From positions 6,728-70,727 of the forward strand of contig JBGQMY010000003.1 in assembly GCA_041500865.1 (NCBI GenBank): DNA of 64,000 bases. The letters run 5' to 3'. The translations under genes were made by a program, and so were the position numbers. The notes under the pieces were generated by a model, which did no database searches, was not told where the DNA came from, and saw only the letters and a list, made by a program, of their open reading frames with translations. Of the stretch, positions 27,941 to 35,948 are shown in pieces (the first letter of the stretch is position 1; each line of letters starts with the position of its first letter). The DNA comes from Candidatus Micrarchaeia archaeon (GTDB taxonomy: Archaea > Micrarchaeota > Micrarchaeia > Anstonellales > J096).

Positions 27941-28351
27941 TTATTTGGCGCCATGCTCTTTGAGGAAGGCAATGGCCTTTTCTAGGGATTCATATCTTGG
28001 ATTTGGAATGCGCCTGTCATCCGGCTGCTCCGAACGCAAATGCTCAAGCTCGCGCAAGTTGCCAAGCGGTGTGCCGGCAGTGCAAATGGTTTTTGGGATG
28101 TGTAACAGGGCTTCTTTTGCATTCTCCAGCACGGTCATCTCTTCTTCATCCACGGCATTGGGGTCTGCCCCTTTCCGGATGAGGCACTCGACTTCCTTAT
28201 AATCGTAATTCTGGACTGCTTTAATCAGTTTCTTGTTTCTGTGATTCTCAACTACCGCCTTGAATTTCTCTAATATGCCGCGAGGACTGGGTTTGTACTG
28301 TTCATTAACCTGCCTGCCAATCTTGCTCGGCTCGACTACTGTGCCGTTCAT
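27941..28351 (-). CDS. small hypothetical protein with a single ankyrin-like repeat
   Basis: 136 aa; 'LIKAVQNYDYKEVECLIRKGADPNAVD'. Confidence 0.4.
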   Translation of the reverse strand: MNGTVVEPSKIGRQVNEQYKPSPRGILEKFKAVVENHRNKKLIKAVQNYDYKEVECLIRKGADPNAVDEEEMTVLENAKEALLHIPKTICTAGTPLGNLRELEHLRSEQPDDRRIPNPRYESLEKAIAFLKEHGAK

Positions 28352-28504
28352 GTGATATACGATGTATGCAAATGCTTAAATACTGATAATGCGCTGACGG
28401 TTGATACAAGAGAAGAATGCCCTTTATTTGGCGTCGGTTTTTCCCTGGGCCAAAACGATTTCTTTTTCCGCAGGCGCTTTTTCTTTGCAAAGAAAAAGGG
28501 CCTT

Positions 28505-28577
28505 TGGGGTAACCCGGATTTGAACCGGGATCACAAGCTCCCAAAGCTCGCAGGCTACCAGGTTGTCCCATTACCCC
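28505..28577 (-). tRNA. tRNA-Pro (anticodon TGG)
   Basis: GGGGTAA…CGAGC-TTTGGGA-GCTTG…CCCGGTTCAAATCCGGG-TTACCCC-A on minus strand; D-stem has one mismatch. Confidence 0.65.
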
Positions 28578-28624
28578 CTGAAAGGATGGGCATGCAAGAG
28601 TTTTAAATGCCTTGTCCCCGGCTG

Positions 28625-29188
28625 TCACAAACCGGCGCATTCCGCAAAATCCAGGATAAACCGCTTATGCCCGATGCCGATTAAGCTTTCAAGCGGCTTT
28701 ATTGCATCCATGATTGCCACAACGCCCCTGTATCCGCGCGTTATCATATGACGCCTGGTTGTTTGCCAGTATTCTCTTCTTGCATTACCTTTGAAATTCG
28801 CGCCTTTGCTTAGCAGCAGCGCGAACGTTCTTGCATTCCCATGCGCAAAGGCCAGCATGAGCGCGGTTATGCCCTGGTCGTTTCTTGCATTGATTTTTGC
28901 GCCCCTTTCCAGCAGCATGGAAACCGTTTCCGTCCTTCCGTTGGATGAGGCGAACATCAGCGGGGTCGTGCCTGCAATGCTCCTTGACTCAATGCCGATT
29001 CCGGCCTTCAGCAGCCTCATTATCCTTTTGGTTTTGCCTGTCCTTGCAGATTCTCCCAGAATGTTTTCCAGCCGCTTTACCTTTGCATTTTTGGATTCCG
29101 CGTTTTCTTGGCCCAGCTTATGGGCGGCAAGAAAAGACGCAATTGACCTTGCTGCGCGGATTGCGCGCCCCGTTGCATTTATCTGCAT
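28625..29188 (-). CDS. ankyrin-repeat protein with C-terminal …FILDFAECAGL tail
   Basis: 187 aa, 3 ANK repeats. Confidence 0.75.
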   Translation of the reverse strand: MQINATGRAIRAARSIASFLAAHKLGQENAESKNAKVKRLENILGESARTGKTKRIMRLLKAGIGIESRSIAGTTPLMFASSNGRTETVSMLLERGAKINARNDQGITALMLAFAHGNARTFALLLSKGANFKGNARREYWQTTRRHMITRGYRGVVAIMDAIKPLESLIGIGHKRFILDFAECAGL

Positions 29189-29220
29189 GGCTCAACTGTT
29201 CGCAAAAAGAGGTTAAAACA

Positions 29221-30126
29221 TTATCCCTTCGTTATGGGTATGCAGCCGTCCTTCGTTACGACGACCGTTTCCTCGAACTGCGCAATCGGCTGTCCATTGG
29301 CTTCTGCAAGCACCGGATACGCAATCAGCACCCTGGCCTTCAGCATCTCTTTTATGCCTGAGTTGAGGAGCAGCCTTGACTGGAATTCCTTGTGCAGCCA
29401 CCTTTCGCAGAACGGCATTGTCTTGTAGTTTTCAATGATGTACTCAAGCATCTTCCTGCTCTGCCTCATCCTTATGTTGCCCGGTATGAAAAGGCTGTAA
29501 ATCTCCACGCGGTCCGTCTCCTTTATGTAGCCCGCGCCCTCCTTCGTGGTCACGAAGGGCTCTATGGCGAACACGTCTCCTTCCTGGAACTCGTACATCT
29601 CGTTGGCAGGGATGTTGGGAATCTCGATGCCTGCATGGAGGTTCATCCACTCTATCTTGTGTCCTGCGAGGTTGGAAATCGGCTTGCAGCCGTTGTCCTT
29701 AATCGTTTCGTATATGATTTTGCTGACGTCATTGACAGGCACGCCGGGTTTTACCGCCTTTATGGCGTTCTCAAGCGCGTCCCTTGACGCCTTCATCAGC
29801 GAACCGTATTTGTTGCCGAGGTCAACCGTCACGGACGTGTCCGTTATCGCCTGCCCTTTCACGAGCCCGAAATCAACCTTAACAAGGCCGTCTTCCGGTA
29901 TCTCAGCCTCATCGTTCGCGGACGGCGTGTAGTGCGCCGCCAATTCGTTTGTGGATATGTTGACCGGGAATGCGGGCTTCGCGCCCTCCTTCTCCATCAT
30001 CTGCTCAAGCGTTTCAGCTATGTCAAAGAGCCTCTCGCCGACTATGACAAGCTGCTCCGCGTCCTTCTTGAGCTTCGCAGTGAGCTTGCCTGCCTCCTTG
30101 AGGTCGCCAAGCTCTAGGTTTTCCAT
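29221..30126 (-). CDS. map: methionine aminopeptidase, type 2 (archaeal)
   Basis: MetAP2 fold motifs (…AAHYTP…, HKIEW…, FAIEPF…); start at MENLELGD. Confidence 0.85.
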   Translation of the reverse strand: MENLELGDLKEAGKLTAKLKKDAEQLVIVGERLFDIAETLEQMMEKEGAKPAFPVNISTNELAAHYTPSANDEAEIPEDGLVKVDFGLVKGQAITDTSVTVDLGNKYGSLMKASRDALENAIKAVKPGVPVNDVSKIIYETIKDNGCKPISNLAGHKIEWMNLHAGIEIPNIPANEMYEFQEGDVFAIEPFVTTKEGAGYIKETDRVEIYSLFIPGNIRMRQSRKMLEYIIENYKTMPFCERWLHKEFQSRLLLNSGIKEMLKARVLIAYPVLAEANGQPIAQFEETVVVTKDGCIPITKG

Positions 30127-30173
30127 AAACGAACGTTCCAATCAAAGCTTTTTTAATGGCAGGCGGTTGCCGT

Positions 30174-30848
30174 CTACTGGCCTATGCAGCGCCTGAAATC
30201 CAGCAGGAATGCGGCAAATGCCTCTTTGCCAAACGGCTTTTGCAGGGATTCCCAAAAATCCAGGAGCACAATGTTGTTCCTTTTTGTATTTAATTCCGCC
30301 AGGCCGCGGGCATTGCGGCCGTCATCGTTCCTTGTGTCCAAATCAGCGCCATGCATGAGCAGGAGCCTGGCCGTTTCAATGCGGCCATGTATTGAAGTGT
30401 ACATGAGCAGGGTGTATTCTCCATGGCTCCTTGCATTTACGTCAGCCCCTTTTTCCAGCAGGAGCCTGGCGATGGCAGTATTTCCTGAACACGATGCATA
30501 CACGAGCGCGGTATAGCCGCAAATGCCCCTGATGTTCACGTCTGTTCCCTTTTCTATAAGGAATCTGGCTACTTCCGTGCATCCGCAATCCAATGCCCAC
30601 AAGAGAGCGGTTTGGCCGTGCTTGAATAAGATATTTGGGTTTGCGCCGGCTTCAACCAGCCGCGCGGCATTTGCAATATCTTCGGGCGCGTTGTTAAATG
30701 TCAATGCGGCCATTTCCCTGTTTAGGCTTTCAATCCTGACCGCATTGTCTGGCTCAAGCTTGCATTTATCTAATTGAATTGGCATTTTCGCATTTTGCGC
30801 ATGTCCCTGCATCTGCTCCTGGGCCATGGGCTTATTGTGCAAGAACAA
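30174..30848 (-). CDS. ankyrin-repeat protein with C-terminal …FLLDFRRCIGQ tail
   Basis: 224 aa, 4-5 ANK repeats. Confidence 0.75.
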   Translation of the reverse strand: MFLHNKPMAQEQMQGHAQNAKMPIQLDKCKLEPDNAVRIESLNREMAALTFNNAPEDIANAARLVEAGANPNILFKHGQTALLWALDCGCTEVARFLIEKGTDVNIRGICGYTALVYASCSGNTAIARLLLEKGADVNARSHGEYTLLMYTSIHGRIETARLLLMHGADLDTRNDDGRNARGLAELNTKRNNIVLLDFWESLQKPFGKEAFAAFLLDFRRCIGQ

Positions 30849-30901
30849 GGTTAATAATGATACTGGTTGGATATTCGGGCCCGAGGATTTAAATCAAGGG
30901 G

Positions 30902-31165
30902 TTACAGGCCTAGCCACTTTTCATATTCTTTATGCGTCCCTACAAAATAGAGCATCTTTGTTTTTGCAGATTCGTTTATCTTGTAGACAAGCCTGTACTG
31001 CCCTATCTCAGAAACATAGAAATCAAGCCCTTGCTTCAGATGCCTGGCTTGGATATCCTGCTGCAATTGGAGGATTTTCTTTGCCACCCTTTTTTTCATG
31101 CTGTTGTCAAGCCTTGAAAAATACCTGTCCCAGTCTGCATGAAAATTAAGGGCATAGGGGCTCAT
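30902..31165 (-). CDS. RelE/ParE-family type II toxin
   Basis: 87 aa; 'YRLVYKINESAKTKMLYFVGTHKEY' typical RelE/ParE core; 4-nt overlap with upstream antitoxin ORF. Confidence 0.65.
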   Translation of the reverse strand: MSPYALNFHADWDRYFSRLDNSMKKRVAKKILQLQQDIQARHLKQGLDFYVSEIGQYRLVYKINESAKTKMLYFVGTHKEYEKWLGL

Positions 31166-31443
31166 TCAAAAGCCTCTGGATATTTCCTGCGCACGTCCGC
31201 CAATGTCAGAACCCTTTTCTTTCCTGATTTTATTTCCTCGTCCATTTTCTGTAATTTTGCGGCTGCAAGCTCATCCAGGATTTCCTCGCTGGATTTCACA
31301 ACCCGGTATTCCTTCCCAAGCTCAAGTATGCCTGCGCGGACTGCCTCCGCCTTTGTCTTGAAGAAACCGGCTTCTACCAGCCTCTTCAGCGTATCCTCCA
31401 CAGAACCGTCCAGGTGTATTAATATGTCTGCCATTTCCACCAC
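31162..31443 (-). CDS. ribbon-helix-helix antitoxin
   Basis: 93 aa; N-terminal RHH-like 'ADILIHLDGSVEDTLKRLVEAGFFKTKAEAVRAGILEL'. Confidence 0.55.
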   Translation of the reverse strand: MVEMADILIHLDGSVEDTLKRLVEAGFFKTKAEAVRAGILELGKEYRVVKSSEEILDELAAAKLQKMDEEIKSGKKRVLTLADVRRKYPEAFE

Positions 31444-31574
31444 AATGTGGAATATATCAAATGGATATATAAATATATCATTTTGATAGATTTAAAATGC
31501 AAAAACGGGCCCGGGGCAGCCATGGCCGTGCGCGTCCATTTGTCCCAGGCCCTGCGCTGCAGAAGGTGATAAAC

Positions 31575-31648
31575 GGGCCCGGGGGGATTCGGACCCCCGA
31601 CATTCCGGTCCGAAGCCGGACACTCTATCCAGGCTGAGCTACGGGCCC
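31575..31648 (-). tRNA. tRNA-Arg (anticodon TCG)
   Basis: GGGCCCG-TA-GCTCAGCCTGGATAGAGT-G-TCCGG-CTTCGGA-CCGGA-ATGTC-GGGGGTCCGAATCCCCC-CGGGCCC-G. Confidence 0.8.
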
Positions 31649-31763
31649 CTATTTTCGTCTGTCTTGGCCCGGAGCGATTTTGCCAACAGGCAAAAACGAG
31701 CTACGGGCCCGTAATGGATTAGTGCCCCAACAACTATTTAAAGAAAACAGGTGAAACCAAACC

Positions 31764-32273
31764 ATGGAGCTGGATGAGAGCGTTTCAAGGTTTCCCTCAA
31801 TCGGAAGGGAGGGGTTTGAGCTTTTTGCGCTTTGCGCGATTGCGGTCTTTGCGCCGATGCTGGTTACGCAGCAGCTATTGCTTGGAACGATAGTCAACGC
31901 AACGCTGGTATTTTCAGCATTGAGGATAAGCGGGCCAAAGGCATATGTTCCTGCGTTCATACCTTCCATAATCACTGTCATGATGGGGTTAGTGCTTGGC
32001 CAGCCTGCTGCCGCGGTCGCTGCCATGCTGCCGTTCATATGGCTCGGCAACGCAACCCTCATGTTCATAATGAGGAAAGTGAAGGATGCATACTGGAAGG
32101 CCATTGCTGCCGCGGCTGCAACAAAGGCGGCCATGCTTTTCGCGTCCTCGCTAATCCTGGTTTACTTCGCAGGCCTGCCTGCGCAAATCCTTGCGGCGTT
32201 CGGGATGATTCAATTCGTTACTGCAATGCTGGGCGGCGCGCTGGCATACGCAATGATAAAGGCCAAAAATTAA
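31764..32273 (+). CDS. hypothetical small polytopic membrane protein (possibly ECF-type S component)
   Basis: 169 aa, 5-6 hydrophobic helices; preferred over antisense ORF 31649..32134. Confidence 0.45.
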   Translation: MELDESVSRFPSIGREGFELFALCAIAVFAPMLVTQQLLLGTIVNATLVFSALRISGPKAYVPAFIPSIITVMMGLVLGQPAAAVAAMLPFIWLGNATLMFIMRKVKDAYWKAIAAAAATKAAMLFASSLILVYFAGLPAQILAAFGMIQFVTAMLGGALAYAMIKAKN

Positions 32274-32275
32274 GC

Positions 32276-32914
32276 TCAGTTGTTCCTTGCCATGCCGACC
32301 CTTGTGCTGATGCTGCTGGCAACAGAGCGGAACAGGTCAGCCCTTCCGCCTTTGCAAAGCGACGCCACCGACATGAGGGATTCCGCAAGCACGCCTGCCA
32401 TGTATGCGTCAACCGCCTCCTTTTCCAGCCTGGAGGTCTCATTGAAGACATGCGAGTCGTCGCCGTGCTCAACAAGCGCAAGCACTGCCGCCTCTGTGCG
32501 CTCCTGGTATGCCAATATCGGAACGAACTCCTTCCCGTGCGGGTGCGACCCCATTGCAGATGCTGCGGCCTTTTTCAGGCTTATGTTGGACGTCGCCTTT
32601 GCAAGCGTCTTTGCGAAAATAAGGGCCTGCGGCATTTCCCAACAGGATAATGCTGCCGCAATGATCTCCATCCCCGCGTCTCCGGAGGCGAGCATTTTTG
32701 CCAGCAATAGCGGACTATTGAACGGGGTATGTTCGTCTACGGGCCGGCGCATTAAGATTGTCTCGGATGGCCCTTGTACCAGGAAAAACGAACGCTTGGG
32801 CGAGGTATTTTCGTGTACGAACGGGGACTTTATCGCGCCAAATTTGCCAAGCCTTTTCAGCTCTCTCTTCCTTTCATTGGTGGGGATGTCTACAAACGTT
32901 TTGGTTTCTGCCAT
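32276..32914 (-). CDS. hypothetical protein co-directional with and immediately downstream of the hydrogenase-like gene
   Basis: 212 aa; helical, weak resemblance to AlkD-like HEAT proteins only. Confidence 0.4.
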   Translation of the reverse strand: MAETKTFVDIPTNERKRELKRLGKFGAIKSPFVHENTSPKRSFFLVQGPSETILMRRPVDEHTPFNSPLLLAKMLASGDAGMEIIAAALSCWEMPQALIFAKTLAKATSNISLKKAAASAMGSHPHGKEFVPILAYQERTEAAVLALVEHGDDSHVFNETSRLEKEAVDAYMAGVLAESLMSVASLCKGGRADLFRSVASSISTRVGMARNN

Positions 32915-32974
32915 CGGATTTCACCTATATACGCTAATACTTCCAAAGAAGTGTTTAAAAATGTATCATTGTGT

Positions 32975-34066
32975 TCATTCTTTCTTGGCGTTCTGCAGGA
33001 ACGCGAAGCAGCTTGCGCCCTGCAAACTCGTGAAGAAAAGCGGGTCCAGCATCTTTATGGATTTGAGTTCTGCAGGCGTCCTTTCCTTGCTTTTTTCCGC
33101 AGCCTTCCTCATGGCCTCAGCCCTTGTCCTTATTGTGTCAGTGCCGGCTTTCGGGACCGGCTGGCCAGGGCCGCCGACGCACCCATACGTGCACATCATC
33201 ACTTCAATAAAATGGTATGTGGAGCCTGACCTTATCTTCTCAAGCAGCCTTTCCAGCGAAGGAAAGCCATAAACGACGGCTGCGCGCACCTCGTGCTTCC
33301 CTATCTTGAACGTATACTCCCTCATGCTCTCATCATGCCTCAGCTCGAGCAGCTCCTTTTTCTCGCCCATGTATGCCGCAACAGTAGTCAACAGGGCCTC
33401 GGTCACGCCTCCTGTCGCCCCAAAAATGACGCCGTCCTTCGAAGGAACGCTTATCTCCGTTATCGCACTTTCCTTCATGTTGGCGATGTTGAGCCCTTCC
33501 GACCTTGCCCATTCGCCTAGCTCCCTGGTCGTGACAACGTAATCGGTGTATTTCAGGCCGTTCTGCATCTTAAACTGCGCTTCGTGCTTCTTTAATGTGC
33601 ACGGCATTATGCCGACAACGGCTATGTTCTCTGGGGTGCGCCCCCATTCCTTTGAGAAGAACAGCTTTGAGACCGCGCCTGCCATCATCATTGGCGTCAC
33701 GATCTTGGATATCCTTGGAAGCAGCTCCGGGTGCCTTTTTTCCGCATACTCCCTCCAGCCCACGCAGCAGGAGTTGAAGACCGGGAACGCGCCTGCATCC
33801 CCTTTCTCAAGCATGCCGATGAACTCCTTTGCCTCAATGTAGACAATAACGTCCGCGCCGAATGACGTGTCAATGACCTCGTCAAAGCCGAGCGCCCTTA
33901 GGAGGGAGACAAGCTTTCCCGTAAGCTCGGTGCCAGGGGCGAAGCCGAACTCCTCGCCTATGCTGACGCGCATTGCAGGCGCAATCTGCGCAACCAGGTA
34001 CTTGCCTTTCTTTTTCTCCTCCCTAAGAGCCTCAAAAAGCCCCTTGCCCGAAAGGTCCATGCTCAA
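32975..34066 (-). CDS. [FeFe]-hydrogenase-like protein, H-cluster domain only (no ferredoxin-like N-terminal clusters)
   Basis: 363 aa; motifs L1 'FNSCCVGW', L2 'MPCTLKKHE', L3 'EVMMCTYGCVGGPGQP' in canonical order/spacing; N-terminal 'VAQIAPAMRVSIGEEFG'. Confidence 0.75.
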   Translation of the reverse strand: MSMDLSGKGLFEALREEKKKGKYLVAQIAPAMRVSIGEEFGFAPGTELTGKLVSLLRALGFDEVIDTSFGADVIVYIEAKEFIGMLEKGDAGAFPVFNSCCVGWREYAEKRHPELLPRISKIVTPMMMAGAVSKLFFSKEWGRTPENIAVVGIMPCTLKKHEAQFKMQNGLKYTDYVVTTRELGEWARSEGLNIANMKESAITEISVPSKDGVIFGATGGVTEALLTTVAAYMGEKKELLELRHDESMREYTFKIGKHEVRAAVVYGFPSLERLLEKIRSGSTYHFIEVMMCTYGCVGGPGQPVPKAGTDTIRTRAEAMRKAAEKSKERTPAELKSIKMLDPLFFTSLQGASCFAFLQNAKKE

Positions 34067-34077
34067 GTTTCCGCCAT

Positions 34078-34503
34078 ATGCGTTTTAATGCTTTCTGCCA
34101 ATATCAAAGCATGGACGCCGGCGCATTCAAGAGATATATGGAGGAAAGGTTCGGCATAAGGCAAAGCGGAACCGTCTTTGAGGACAGGAACGGCATGGTC
34201 AGGGTGTTCTCAAAACAGATTATGTCATCGCCGATAAGGGGAAGCAGGGGGTTCCCGGCATATGACATGGCGACGACCCATTATTTCTCCACGATGTTCG
34301 GGCATCTTGCCATGCGCAACTTCGTTGAATTGAAAAAGGAGGATGCCGAGGCGCTTGTCTCGGGCAAGGAAATTAAGCTGGGCCTTTCGGACGGAGAATA
34401 CATTGGAAGGCTGAATGAAAGGGGCATATGCACCATTGAAATTGAAAAGGGCATTGCAAGGGCGCACCTTCCCAAGCTGCTGAAGAGAAACAAAAAAGAA
34501 TGA
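34078..34503 (+). CDS. hypothetical protein
   Basis: 141-aa ORF; no confident domain. Confidence 0.3.
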   Translation: MRFNAFCQYQSMDAGAFKRYMEERFGIRQSGTVFEDRNGMVRVFSKQIMSSPIRGSRGFPAYDMATTHYFSTMFGHLAMRNFVELKKEDAEALVSGKEIKLGLSDGEYIGRLNERGICTIEIEKGIARAHLPKLLKRNKKE

Positions 34504-34507
34504 GGAA

Positions 34508-34762
34508 TTACTGGATGAGCTCGCCTGTCGCGAAGTTCCTGCCTATCCTTGATATCCTTATCATGTACTTCTGGCCGACCTCGGTCTCGCCCTTTACGAA
34601 TATTACATAGCCGCTTATCTTGGCCACGCCGTCGCCGCTCTTTCCCTTGCCTTCTATCGTGACCTCGAGCTCCTGGCCGACTTCCACCGGCTTTGCGCCG
34701 TAGTCCCTTGGCCCTGCGCCTTCCTCGCTCCCCATTCCTGCTTCTTCATCCATGACATCCAC
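34508..34762 (-). CDS. TRAM-domain RNA-binding protein
   Basis: 84 aa; 'VGQELEVTIEGKGKSGDGVAKISGYVIFVKGETEVGQKYMIRISRIGRNFATGELI'. Confidence 0.7.
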   Translation of the reverse strand: MDVMDEEAGMGSEEGAGPRDYGAKPVEVGQELEVTIEGKGKSGDGVAKISGYVIFVKGETEVGQKYMIRISRIGRNFATGELIQ

Positions 34763-34887
34763 CTTTCCAAGACTTTGAAAAACAAGGGAGGGAAAGGTTT
34801 TTAATCAATTTCTTTTTCTGCTGCCTGTTGGAACATGCAACACAAAAAAGCCTGGCATTTGGAAATGCAAATACTGGCGGTTTCCTG

Positions 34888-35850
34888 CTACCCTTTTCCC
34901 GCAAGCATGAACTGGGCCAGCAGCGCGTCTATCTGTATCCTTTCGTTCGCGCCTTCAGCTATCCTGAAGTTGTATTCGCCTATCCTGTCTATCAAGGAGA
35001 CTTTCAGCCTCTCGTCTATCTCCAGGGAAGGCAGCTCCTTGTAGAACTGTATGACGATGTCCTCCCCGCTGAGCCCGTATTTTATCATCATCTGCTCGAC
35101 TTCCTTCCTGGCCTCCTGGAACTTCCCTGCAAGCGCCAGCTTCATTGCCTTCCGGACAGCCTCCGGCTGTGCCGTGTTGCCGATGCTGAACACAAGCTCC
35201 GCGTCTATCTTCTTTGCGTGAAAGGACGCGCCCTGCATGACGTTTATGGCCTTCCTGAGGTCCCCTTCCGAAACGTAGAATATGGCGTCTTTCCCGTCTT
35301 CAGTCACTTCAATGCCCTCGCCTTCCTCAACCCGCTTTACCATTGAAAAGACGTCCTCCCTCTTCAATTGCAGAAAGCGGAATACGGCGCACCTGCTCTG
35401 TATCGGCTCTATTATCTTGCTGGAATAGTTACAACTGAGGATGAACCTCGTCACGTCGGAATAAATCTCCATCGTCCTCCTCAGGGCCTGCTGCGCGTCG
35501 CTCGTCAACGCGTCAGCCTCGTCAAGGAAGATGATTTTGAACCCTATCTTGTTCGTCCCGATGCTGCGCGCGAACTCCTTTATCTTTCCCCTTACGACAT
35601 CTATGCCCCTCTCGTCGCTCGCGTTGAGCTCAAGAAAATTGCCCCTGGCATCCTCGCCGTAAAGCTCGTGCGCCATGGCTATGGCCATCGTGGTTTTTCC
35701 TACGCCCGGAGGCCCTGCGAACATCAGGTGCGGGAGCGTCCTTTTCTTTACAAGGGACGCAAGCGCCTCCCTCACATGGGACTGGCCTATGACGTCCTTT
35801 ATTGTTTTTGGCCTGTACTTCTCGGTCCATGGAAGGAATTCACCGTGCAT
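34888..35850 (-). CDS. rfcS: replication factor C small subunit
   Basis: Walker A 'GPPGVGKTT', 'FLDEADALT', SRC motif 'IQSRCAVFRF'. Confidence 0.9.
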   Translation of the reverse strand: MHGEFLPWTEKYRPKTIKDVIGQSHVREALASLVKKRTLPHLMFAGPPGVGKTTMAIAMAHELYGEDARGNFLELNASDERGIDVVRGKIKEFARSIGTNKIGFKIIFLDEADALTSDAQQALRRTMEIYSDVTRFILSCNYSSKIIEPIQSRCAVFRFLQLKREDVFSMVKRVEEGEGIEVTEDGKDAIFYVSEGDLRKAINVMQGASFHAKKIDAELVFSIGNTAQPEAVRKAMKLALAGKFQEARKEVEQMMIKYGLSGEDIVIQFYKELPSLEIDERLKVSLIDRIGEYNFRIAEGANERIQIDALLAQFMLAGKG

Positions 35851-35948
35851 GGCTGTGATATGGGAAGCGGGGTTTTAAAAGCTTTTTAAATACAGAAATC
35901 AACTCAAACAACCACATTTTTAATACCTTCCATATATAGCCTTTAAAT

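Noticed and set aside
31649-32134. 161-aa minus-strand ORF
   Set aside because: Antisense to a plausible polytopic membrane protein (31764..32273) and abuts tRNA-Arg; Ala/Ser-rich low complexity.
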